A DNA stretch of 64,000 nt from Escherichia phage HermannAdler_Bas98: sequence record PQ850608.1. One strand, given 5' to 3'. The stretch's first letter is position 1. Every line of letters begins with the position of its first letter. The position numbers and the translations under genes were made by a program. Shown piece after piece: positions 10,350 to 18,953 of the stretch. The notes beneath the pieces are model-generated. The model was given only the letters and a program-made list of their open reading frames with translations, had not been told where the DNA came from and made no database searches.

Positions 10350-10678
10350 TGTATCAAATACCACTTGACAGCGTACCTAACCAGAATATCAGCTTTAACG
10401 TTGACGGTGCATATTGGCAGTTGCACATTTTTGCCGCTATCGAGCATATGTGTGCCGACGTATATCGCAATGGTGAACTTTTGATTCAAGGGGTGCGCTG
10501 TTTTGGTGGTATCCCAATGGTGCCTTATAAGTATCTCATGATTGGGTACGGTAATTTCATTTTCGACAGCGTACCTGATTATGAAAGGTTTAACTCTGGC
10601 GGCTGTAATCTATATTACATGTCAGAATCTGAGTTGGCTGAATTCCAGGCCACTGCTGAAGCGGAGTTTGCAATTTGA
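10349..10678 (+). CDS. hypothetical protein
   Basis: ATG overlaps upstream TAA (TAATG). Confidence 0.5.
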   Translation: MYQIPLDSVPNQNISFNVDGAYWQLHIFAAIEHMCADVYRNGELLIQGVRCFGGIPMVPYKYLMIGYGNFIFDSVPDYERFNSGGCNLYYMSESELAEFQATAEAEFAI

Positions 10679-11031
10679 CAACTCTAACCATTGAAGTGAA
10701 CGAAAATAATGACCTTTTTCTACCTGATGGAAGAAACTTAAATATTCTTTCAGGAGAAAAAGCGATGGTGCAAGTAATCAAGGCCGCGCATCAGATGCGA
10801 CTTGGTGAAGACTTGTACGATATAGAAAACGGGGTCGATTATTTGGGGACCGTTTTCAAGTCGCCCGTTGACGAAGACGGTGCGCGAAAGTCGATTGCAG
10901 ATGCTATTCTGAAGAAAGCAGACGTTGCCGGAATCGACTCATTGACTGTCACCATCCAAAACGGTATCCTTGGATTCACTGCAGAAGTGGTGACTATTTA
11001 TGGCGAACGTATAAAGGTGAGTAATCAATAA
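10675..11031 (+). CDS. hypothetical protein
   Basis: TTG start overlapping upstream stop; start uncertain. Confidence 0.4.
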   Translation: MTTLTIEVNENNDLFLPDGRNLNILSGEKAMVQVIKAAHQMRLGEDLYDIENGVDYLGTVFKSPVDEDGARKSIADAILKKADVAGIDSLTVTIQNGILGFTAEVVTIYGERIKVSNQ

Positions 11032-11297
11032 TGGCACAAGTAATTCATTTTGCAAATGGCGTCATGAAATTTGGCGAAAAATTTGAAGACGCATCAGAGC
11101 TGTTTAATAAGAAGGTTGAGCCTGTTACAGAAATCAAAGAGCAGGTCGAAGAAAAGTCCGTTGAACAAAAACTCGATTTTGATTCCATGAGCGTTTCAGA
11201 ATTGAAGTCTTATGCCAAAGAAAATGGCATCGACATCAAGGGTCTTTCTTATAAGGATGAAATTCTTGCTGCAGTTAAATCTGCATCTGCGGAGTAA
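11031..11297 (+). CDS. hypothetical acidic protein
   Basis: ATG overlapping upstream stop. Confidence 0.5.
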   Translation: MAQVIHFANGVMKFGEKFEDASELFNKKVEPVTEIKEQVEEKSVEQKLDFDSMSVSELKSYAKENGIDIKGLSYKDEILAAVKSASAE

Positions 11298-11299
11298 AC

Positions 11300-11797
11300 A
11301 TGGTCAATATTAGTGGATTTGGCACAAGCATTAGAATTGTCGCTCTTCAATCTTTTCCTGTTGGGCTGAATATCAGTTCTTTGTCTGATGACCAGGATTC
11401 GCTAATTATTGAGGAAGTTGAATCAGTAGGTTATCAACTTACTTACGACGGCGGCATTTGCATATACGACAAAGCCGCCGTCGTTCGCGTATCCATTGCG
11501 GTCATTCCAAACACTGAAGATGACATAAATCTTAAGCTTTTATTATCTGCCCGTAAAGGTGGATTCAAGTGGTTGCCAATTCAGGATGTGACATCGATGC
11601 TCATTACATATCCTGACGGTGGAAGGGTGGCATTCTCTAACGGAACGATAATCAGCGGTCCGCTTGGTGACTCCATAGAGCAATCAGGCCGTCGCAAGAC
11701 AAACCGATACACATTTGTGTTTGCCAGCTACGGTGGCGCACAGAGCACGTCTCAAATTGCCAAGGGCGTGGTGCAAAGCATATTGGGGTCCATTTAA
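11300..11797 (+). CDS. putative tail tube protein (copy 2, paralogue of 9882-10349)
   Basis: Shared SGFG.SIR.VA, IPN/TSE.D.NL and R.KT.RY.F.F blocks with copy 1. Confidence 0.5.
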   Translation: MVNISGFGTSIRIVALQSFPVGLNISSLSDDQDSLIIEEVESVGYQLTYDGGICIYDKAAVVRVSIAVIPNTEDDINLKLLLSARKGGFKWLPIQDVTSMLITYPDGGRVAFSNGTIISGPLGDSIEQSGRRKTNRYTFVFASYGGAQSTSQIAKGVVQSILGSI

Positions 11798-12330
11798 TGG
11801 CTATCGATTTACTGTCATATAGTCTATCAAACAGAAGCTTCACGATAAAGAGCTTCAACCTTGGAGAAGTATCCACGCTTGGATGGGCCATAGTCAACGT
11901 CAAAATAAGACTCCAAGCGAAGATATTCAAAAACCAAAGGGAAGACGGCAGCTATATTGTCGATGGCAGAGTAAAGATGCCGCGAATACTCACTGTCACC
12001 GTGATAGCTCAGACGAAAAGCGCATCAGATGCAATAGCTAAGATGTTGCAAAACAGGTCGACTATATACACAATTAATTCCCGTGGTCTAATATTCGAAC
12101 GTATGGTGCTGCAAAATAACAACTTCAGCCAGGACGCTGACAATATAACGTCTCAGCCCATACAATTGGTCTTCCATGAGATATTAACACAGCAGGATGT
12201 GTCTATTCAAACAGCGCAGGCAGGCGACTCAACAGTAATAGAGCGCGGCATTGCATACATAAAAGAAACTTCTGCCAGCGTCACTGGCGTCGCTACAAAG
12301 GTGATGAATGGTATCAAGGGGATGTTCTGA
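11797..12330 (+). CDS. hypothetical tail protein
   Basis: ATG overlapping upstream TAA. Confidence 0.5.
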   Translation: MAIDLLSYSLSNRSFTIKSFNLGEVSTLGWAIVNVKIRLQAKIFKNQREDGSYIVDGRVKMPRILTVTVIAQTKSASDAIAKMLQNRSTIYTINSRGLIFERMVLQNNNFSQDADNITSQPIQLVFHEILTQQDVSIQTAQAGDSTVIERGIAYIKETSASVTGVATKVMNGIKGMF

Positions 12331-12890
12331 TGGACTTCGTTTCGATTCTGCTTTCTGGTCAATCTTTGACCATAACGAATGAGTCAACAGGTCTTCCTGT
12401 CTGGACAAGGCTTTCACCTGTTTCTGCAGAAATAACATCCCCAGCAGAAACAACTCAATTCCCTCTTGCTGGTACAGCCATGCAGGTTGTCGAAGTATCA
12501 AGCACGTCATCAGTAAGCAATTTACAGGCGGCAAAGGTTGTAATGCCAGCCCATATGGCGTTAAACGTAATTTGCAATGACCAGTCTACAATTGAAAATA
12601 TCATAAATTCATTTGATGATGACGAAGTCACATTTTCAATAACTTCACGAAGCATCATTGCCAGTAAAATGTCGATGTCCGACGTTGAAATAACCCAGTC
12701 AGAAGAAAACTTGAATGGAGTCTCAATAGTAATAACTTTCGAGCAAACGTCATTTAGCATTCAAGGAAGCTTCGACCCTAAACAATCTGCAGACGAATCA
12801 TCAAATGGTGTTGCTATTAAAGAACCAGTCAGTTTGACTACAACTGTGAGTTCGTTATATAATAAAATAAAATCAACAGTAGGAATATAA
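12330..12890 (+). CDS. hypothetical tail protein
   Basis: ATG overlapping upstream TGA. Confidence 0.5.
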   Translation: MDFVSILLSGQSLTITNESTGLPVWTRLSPVSAEITSPAETTQFPLAGTAMQVVEVSSTSSVSNLQAAKVVMPAHMALNVICNDQSTIENIINSFDDDEVTFSITSRSIIASKMSMSDVEITQSEENLNGVSIVITFEQTSFSIQGSFDPKQSADESSNGVAIKEPVSLTTTVSSLYNKIKSTVGI

Positions 12891-12891
12891 A

Positions 12892-13308
12892 ATGAAGATC
12901 ACCAACAAACAAACTGGTCGTACAGTAGAAATTAAAATCAGCAAAATGACTGCGATGGAAGGCTGGAATATTCAGCGTCGCTTTGTCGAATTTGCAATGT
13001 CGAAAGACCCTGCGTTTCGTTCAGAGTATACGATGGAAGTGTTGAGCTTCGCAAAAGTCGAGCTTGATGTGGGCCAAGAAATCCCATTAAGCACTGGTGC
13101 ACTAATTGACAACCATCTTGGTGACTGGGAAAACCTTAAAGAAGTCTTCGAAGCAGTCCTCATGGAGAACGGTATAAACCCAGATACTCACGCCGAGCGT
13201 GAAGGCTACTGGGAACAAGCTGGCGGCGAAATGGCTGCAGCATTCATCGGCGAATCGATGCGATTAATCGCGCCATTCCTCAGCGGCGAGACTCCAAACA
13301 AGGGGTAA
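12892..13308 (+). CDS. putative tail assembly chaperone
   Basis: 138 aa ORF immediately upstream of tape measure gene. Confidence 0.4.
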   Translation: MKITNKQTGRTVEIKISKMTAMEGWNIQRRFVEFAMSKDPAFRSEYTMEVLSFAKVELDVGQEIPLSTGALIDNHLGDWENLKEVFEAVLMENGINPDTHAEREGYWEQAGGEMAAAFIGESMRLIAPFLSGETPNKG

Positions 13309-13311
13309 ACT

Positions 13312-15492
13312 GTGTCTGACTCATTAGAAAAATTTGTGCTTCAATATACGGTGGACTTGAAAGAGTCCATCAATCGTCTTGAGCAATTGCAAGATAAGGT
13401 TGATCAGACAAACAAAAAGGCAAAATCCGCTGGCAAAGATTTCTCTGGAGCATTCAAAGATGTTTTTGGCGAGCTAAAGCCGCTTACTGGTGAGCTAGGG
13501 TCAATTGACGGAATACTTGCGCGGCTGACATATCGTTTTGCCGCGCTCGTTCCTGTTGTCGCAGGATTGGCAGTCGTCGTCAAATCCATCGTTGATGTTC
13601 GAAAAGAATACGAAGCGCAAAGAAAGCTTGGTTTTGAAGCCGGACTCTCTCCAATGGGTGTCGAACAACTACAACGACAGTTGAATGAAAGTTCAGGTGG
13701 CATCCTTGGCGCACAGGGGTCGCGAGACTTAATCAGCAAAGCTTCTAATCTGGCATTCAATGCATACACCAACCCCGATGTGATGAACAAGGACAACTTG
13801 TTGTTGAACAAGATGGGGACAAGTCCTTTCAACAGTAACGGCGGCATCAAAGACACGAATCAGCTGCTTGATGAAATTGGAACAAAGCTGAGAAGTGTGA
13901 ATGAGCAAACCGCTCGTGCTATTGGTGCTCTGGCAGGTTTTACCGCCGATGAAGTCCGCGCCCTTCGCGAGCGCAACCAGTCTGTGAAAGAAAGCACACG
14001 CATAAGCGATGAGGAAACGGCAAAGCTGCAGCGCCAACAAGCTGCTCTTGAGACTATACGAAATAGTATGGGGCAAATTCAAGAAGATTGGCGGCGTATT
14101 GAGCTGGTTATCGGTGAAAACGTCATGCCTGCATTCTCGACGCTTGTCAGCAAAACCGCCGATACAGTCGAAGGATTCCAGATGATGTTCCAAAGAATGT
14201 CTGACGGATGGAGCGAATTTGTCGACAATTTCATCGCTGACTTGAAACACCCGTTTGATAAACAGGCGGCTGTTAACGAGCGTCACGAGCGTGCCGTTGA
14301 TAGATGGATCACGCAGATGGCCGAAGGCGATGTGAAACGCCAGAGGAACCAGGAGCAAAACGCAGCTGAACAACGTTCTGCGCAAGCACTTTTCACTCGC
14401 GATATAAACCTGTTTTCAAGCGCCGTTTCAACATTTGCTGGCGTCATTGATGAGCGACAAGCATGGGCTGCATGGGCTGGTGAAATAGGACGAAGCGCAG
14501 GTCAATCTGCTATGCCTGGAACACCAGCACTAAGTACTGGCGCGACCGTAGGTAACAACTTGGGATCAGGCAATCCGACCGCTTACGACTCAATCTATGA
14601 GGAAGCATCCAAGCGTTATGGAATCCCTGTTGCGATGATGAAGGCCGTAACAGAAGTCGAATCTGGATTCAACCCAAATGCCGTAAGCGGAGCAGGTGCG
14701 ACCGGACTGATGCAAATCATGCCTTCCAACTTCAAGGGTCTTGGTATCACAGACGGCAACGACCCTAGACAAAACATTATGGGCGGCGCTCAACTGTTGA
14801 AAGAGTATTTAAACGCTGCCAACGGCGATTGGAATCTTGCGCTGACGATGTATCACGGTGGCTACGACCGCAGCGGCTGGGGCAAGAATACACGCGCTTA
14901 TCCTGGAAAGGTCATGGCCGCTCTCGACCGACAATCCAATGGTGAGTATGCCACGGCAGCGCCGCAAGGTGCACCAGTTACTCCAGTACTTAGCGGTAGC
15001 GGAGCGGAAGCACCAAAGGGAAGCTATGCACCAGTACAAGGCCAATCGCGCCAAACGGTGCAATACAGGCAATTGCAAGAAGCCATTGCAGGATACCTGA
15101 ACGTACCAGTTGAGCAGTTGATGCAGGGACAAGTCAACAAAGGTGATATTGACTTTGCTCAAACTTACCTTAAGCTTGGAACGCAAAGGGATTATATTAA
15201 AAATATGCAGCTGGCTTCAACTCCAGGTGTAAGACCGAACATTCAAGCCGAAGCGATGAAAAACGCTCGTCTTGCTGCATTCCAACTTGAAGCATTCCAG
15301 AAATACGGCGGCGACCTTTCCGCGAATAGTCGACCTGGTGGGCGTGATATTACTATGGGTCAGAAAAACGTTGTCATCAACGTCAACGGCGCTCAAGACC
15401 CACGCAGCACGGCATTCGAAACGAAACGGGTGCTTGAACAAGATGATATCAACGACATAAACAACCTTACTGCTACACCTTTGAAGTGGTGA
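13312..15492 (+). CDS. tail tape measure protein with C-terminal lytic transglycosylase (SLT-like) domain
   Basis: 726 aa; N-terminal coiled-coil and hydrophobic segments; GIPVAMMKAVTEVESGFNPNAVSGAGATGLMQIMP matches SLT catalytic region. Confidence 0.7.
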   Translation: MSDSLEKFVLQYTVDLKESINRLEQLQDKVDQTNKKAKSAGKDFSGAFKDVFGELKPLTGELGSIDGILARLTYRFAALVPVVAGLAVVVKSIVDVRKEYEAQRKLGFEAGLSPMGVEQLQRQLNESSGGILGAQGSRDLISKASNLAFNAYTNPDVMNKDNLLLNKMGTSPFNSNGGIKDTNQLLDEIGTKLRSVNEQTARAIGALAGFTADEVRALRERNQSVKESTRISDEETAKLQRQQAALETIRNSMGQIQEDWRRIELVIGENVMPAFSTLVSKTADTVEGFQMMFQRMSDGWSEFVDNFIADLKHPFDKQAAVNERHERAVDRWITQMAEGDVKRQRNQEQNAAEQRSAQALFTRDINLFSSAVSTFAGVIDERQAWAAWAGEIGRSAGQSAMPGTPALSTGATVGNNLGSGNPTAYDSIYEEASKRYGIPVAMMKAVTEVESGFNPNAVSGAGATGLMQIMPSNFKGLGITDGNDPRQNIMGGAQLLKEYLNAANGDWNLALTMYHGGYDRSGWGKNTRAYPGKVMAALDRQSNGEYATAAPQGAPVTPVLSGSGAEAPKGSYAPVQGQSRQTVQYRQLQEAIAGYLNVPVEQLMQGQVNKGDIDFAQTYLKLGTQRDYIKNMQLASTPGVRPNIQAEAMKNARLAAFQLEAFQKYGGDLSANSRPGGRDITMGQKNVVINVNGAQDPRSTAFETKRVLEQDDINDINNLTATPLKW

Positions 15493-15496
15493 TAAT

Positions 15497-16369
15497 TTGA
15501 AAAAGAGAATCCTTAAAGTCACCTTATCTATGCCGGATGGCACAAGCCAAGTGCTTGATGAAGGATTGATGCTTAGATGCCGAATCAAAAAGGCAGCACT
15601 TTCCGTGCAAAATAAGGCCACAATCGAAGTCGCAGGATTGACAGGGTACTTGAGAGAGTACCTGCTTTCCAACTTCACCGCATTCAACAAACGTCTGCGT
15701 GATCAAGGCCAATTGGCGGCGAATTACGTCAACGTAACAATTGAAGCTGGATATAGAGAAGGCAACGTTGTTAGCAGCAACTTGGTATACAAGGGACAGG
15801 TGACGACTGTCGAGATAACAGCGCCGCCGCCGAACATCGTCATACGCATCACTTGCTACACCAACCAGATAAACAGGACTAAGTTTATCACTCAAGCTGC
15901 ACCGTCAAACCCAACCTTCAAAGAGTTTGTGGAGTGGTCAGCAAAGCAAATGGATATTGATACTGTTATATGCGATACGTCGATTAACAATCAACGTCTT
16001 GTGAACCCAGGCCGAACAACATATGTTGCAGCAGCCTTGCTGCTTGAGATTCAGAACTATCAAAGGAACTCTATTGCGGCATATATCGATGATGATACGC
16101 TCATCGTCAAGGATAAAGACAAAATTCTGAATCCAGAACAGATAACGGTGATTGAGGAATTTGTCGGAATACCGATGTGGAACGAGTGGGGCGCTGACTT
16201 CACTTGCATGTATAACGCGGATTTGAAGCTTGCCCAAGGTGTGAAATTCAAATCAGTCTTAAACCCAAGCTTGAACGACACCACATTCGTCATCATGCAA
16301 CTTGAATATGATTTAGCAAGTCGTGATGACATATTTACGGTGACGGGCGGCGTTGCACCATCGGCCTAA
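15497..16369 (+). CDS. tail/baseplate protein (hypothetical)
   Basis: 290 aa ORF directly after tape measure; TTG start assumed. Confidence 0.45.
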   Translation: MKKRILKVTLSMPDGTSQVLDEGLMLRCRIKKAALSVQNKATIEVAGLTGYLREYLLSNFTAFNKRLRDQGQLAANYVNVTIEAGYREGNVVSSNLVYKGQVTTVEITAPPPNIVIRITCYTNQINRTKFITQAAPSNPTFKEFVEWSAKQMDIDTVICDTSINNQRLVNPGRTTYVAAALLLEIQNYQRNSIAAYIDDDTLIVKDKDKILNPEQITVIEEFVGIPMWNEWGADFTCMYNADLKLAQGVKFKSVLNPSLNDTTFVIMQLEYDLASRDDIFTVTGGVAPSA

Positions 16370-16371
16370 AT

Positions 16372-16893
16372 ATGAGAAAGAATAAAGTAATTGAGTTGTT
16401 TGGAGTTACTTATGAAATACATCAATTCAGCGCAATAGATGCGTTTGAAATGGTTGATGCGATAAGCATATTAACTCCACTTGAATTATTAAGTGAATGT
16501 CATGTTATTAAATATGACGGAACTAAAGTCAGGTTGAATTCTGAGAAGGCCATCAGTGAAGAAGTGAAAAGTGTGCCAAATCACTTGCCGCCCAACCTTG
16601 TATTGAAAGTTCTAATGGAAGCGGTAAAGAAGCACAATTTTGGATTCCTCAGTGATTGGAAAGGCACTAAGATTCCAAATAGATTCTTGGCTGATGTTCC
16701 GACCGTAGAGCCTAATTATCTTGAGCCGATGGTTGCAAGCCTAATAAACAATGGTCTTGCTTCGTTAAAAGAATTGGAAGAATATTATTCATTGCGTGAT
16801 GCATTCGCTATGTTTGATGGACTAATAGCAAAATCACTTAATGAAGCCTACTCAAACGAAGCTGCCATTAAAGAATCAAAGTCAAATCGCTAA
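16372..16893 (+). CDS. hypothetical baseplate-region protein
   Basis: ATG 2 nt after upstream stop. Confidence 0.5.
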   Translation: MRKNKVIELFGVTYEIHQFSAIDAFEMVDAISILTPLELLSECHVIKYDGTKVRLNSEKAISEEVKSVPNHLPPNLVLKVLMEAVKKHNFGFLSDWKGTKIPNRFLADVPTVEPNYLEPMVASLINNGLASLKELEEYYSLRDAFAMFDGLIAKSLNEAYSNEAAIKESKSNR

Positions 16894-16950
16894 AATATTG
16901 CTTATAGACTCCTTATAGATTATAATTTGTTGATCAGATATAAGGAGTCT

Positions 16951-17679
16951 ATGATGGCAGAAAAGTTAACCCAACTTACAAGCCCCAACCAAACTGACAA
17001 ATCAAGTATGTTTGCCGCGCTGCAGGGAATGCTGGACCGTGGCAAGTATACCACTGACGGCATGATTCCTGCACAAGTAATATCTTATGACCGCAAACAG
17101 AATTTAGCAGTCATAAAGCCTGTTATTCATTTCGTAAGTCTTGATGATAAACCAGTGGAGCGTCAACCACTGGTGTCAATTCCTGTATTGGCAATCGGCG
17201 GCGGCGGCTTCGTAATCAACTTTCCTCTGAAAGAGGGTGATTTGGGCTGGATATTCGCTGGCGACCGCGAGTTGTCGACATTCCTTGAAGAATTGAAGCC
17301 GACCGCGCCTACCAATGGCCGCGCGAAAACTTTCGCTGATGGACTGTTCATACCGGATGTATTTCGAAAATACACCATAAGCGGAGAGGATGCAGGCTCA
17401 ATGGTGATCCAGTCACTCAGCGGCGCTGTCCGCATTGCATTAAGTGATGACTCGATAAACATAACTGCATCGGCTGGAGTAAATGTGAAAACACCAATAA
17501 CCACTATCGACCAACAATTGATAGTTAATGGAAAGGCAACGTTCAATGGTGGTATAGAAGGGAAAGAAGGAACGACGGCAACGCTTCCGACTGGTACAAC
17601 AATCGGCGGCACAAATGTATCCACTCACGGTCACATAGGTAACGGACCTGGAAACAGAACTGGGGATATGATAGAATGA
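16951..17679 (+). CDS. putative baseplate spike / gpV-like assembly protein
   Basis: TAAGGAG RBS; AQVISYD...PLVSIPVLAIGGGGFVINFPLKEGDLGWIFAGD resembles gpV-type OB-fold spike. Confidence 0.45.
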   Translation: MMAEKLTQLTSPNQTDKSSMFAALQGMLDRGKYTTDGMIPAQVISYDRKQNLAVIKPVIHFVSLDDKPVERQPLVSIPVLAIGGGGFVINFPLKEGDLGWIFAGDRELSTFLEELKPTAPTNGRAKTFADGLFIPDVFRKYTISGEDAGSMVIQSLSGAVRIALSDDSINITASAGVNVKTPITTIDQQLIVNGKATFNGGIEGKEGTTATLPTGTTIGGTNVSTHGHIGNGPGNRTGDMIE

Positions 17680-18947
17680 GTGCACAATATTCTTACATAG
17701 TAAGCACTGGTGTAATAACCATCGACACAGCCGATTTGCTGGCTGACGTTCAAAGTGAATGGATTGAGTCATTAGGGGTCGGGCTTGACGTTGATGCCTC
17801 GACACCGCAAGGCACCCTAATCGCGACAGAGACTTTGGCAAGAACTTCAGTCATGAAGAACAACGCCGAGCTGGGAAGTCTCATCAACCCTAATTATTCA
17901 TATGGCGTATACCTTGATGCCATCGCGGCATTGCTTGGTATTGAGCGAACGAAAAACATCAGCACGATGTTGAAAGGAATTACCGCAGAAGGAACGCCGC
18001 TGTTGGAAATTCCTGCTGGAAGTTTGCTGACGGATTCAAACGGTACATACTGGTATGTTCTTGAAGACGTTCAAATCACTTCGACTGGCAAGACAAGCAA
18101 TATGACTCTTGCATCAAAAGAGTATGGCTCATTTACTGTTGCACCTGATGAAGAGTTTACCGTGGTGCAAGGATATGACGTCATCGGATGGTCAAGAACG
18201 TATTCAACATCAGCAACGACGACCGTACCAGGTACGCAATACATGGGCGACGGAGCGTTAAAGGCCGCTCGCGTTAAGCGCCTTTACCAGCAGGGAATTG
18301 CATCGCTTGGTGCTATTCGCGCTCGCGCCATGTCGGTCGACGGCGTGGAATCGGTGATGGTCGTAGAGAACGACACGGGATTGCCTGGAACGGTGCGCGG
18401 CATCACCTTTTCAACGCCTAACGGTGTCTGGGTGTGCGCAAGCGGAACGTTCGATAAGCAAGTCTTTGCTGAGACTATTTTCAAGGCAAAGATGGGTGGC
18501 CAGCCGTGGGACTTTGGTGCTACCAACCAGGGTGATCCAGTCAACTCGCCTGATGGAATAGAAGTTGTCGACGAAGAATCGCAACTGTCTTATTTCGTAA
18601 AGTTCAACACTGCTGTCATATATGACTTGTATGTCGATATTACTGTTGTAAGAGGCACCGCAACCGCCGATGCCGAATCTATTATTGCCGCTGTGTTGAA
18701 TTACGGTAATGGAAATTTTAACGGCGAGCAAGGATATGCAGTGGGCCAATCTCAATCTTCTTTTGAGATTGCTTCAGCAGTGTCTTGCGAGTATCCAGGT
18801 CTGTACATCAAAGATTGCAAAATTGCAGCAGTAAAAAGCGGACAGGCAGCGCCAAATTATCCATCCGATTACGGCAGCGAGTGGATTGCCAACCCTTGGG
18901 ATAAGGCGAATACTATGCGCGGCTTCATCAACGTTAAATTTGTGTGA
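17676..18947 (+). CDS. putative baseplate protein (J-like)
   Basis: 423 aa; ATGA overlap with upstream gene; position after spike. Confidence 0.4.
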   Translation: MSAQYSYIVSTGVITIDTADLLADVQSEWIESLGVGLDVDASTPQGTLIATETLARTSVMKNNAELGSLINPNYSYGVYLDAIAALLGIERTKNISTMLKGITAEGTPLLEIPAGSLLTDSNGTYWYVLEDVQITSTGKTSNMTLASKEYGSFTVAPDEEFTVVQGYDVIGWSRTYSTSATTTVPGTQYMGDGALKAARVKRLYQQGIASLGAIRARAMSVDGVESVMVVENDTGLPGTVRGITFSTPNGVWVCASGTFDKQVFAETIFKAKMGGQPWDFGATNQGDPVNSPDGIEVVDEESQLSYFVKFNTAVIYDLYVDITVVRGTATADAESIIAAVLNYGNGNFNGEQGYAVGQSQSSFEIASAVSCEYPGLYIKDCKIAAVKSGQAAPNYPSDYGSEWIANPWDKANTMRGFINVKFV

Positions 18948-18953
18948 GGAACT

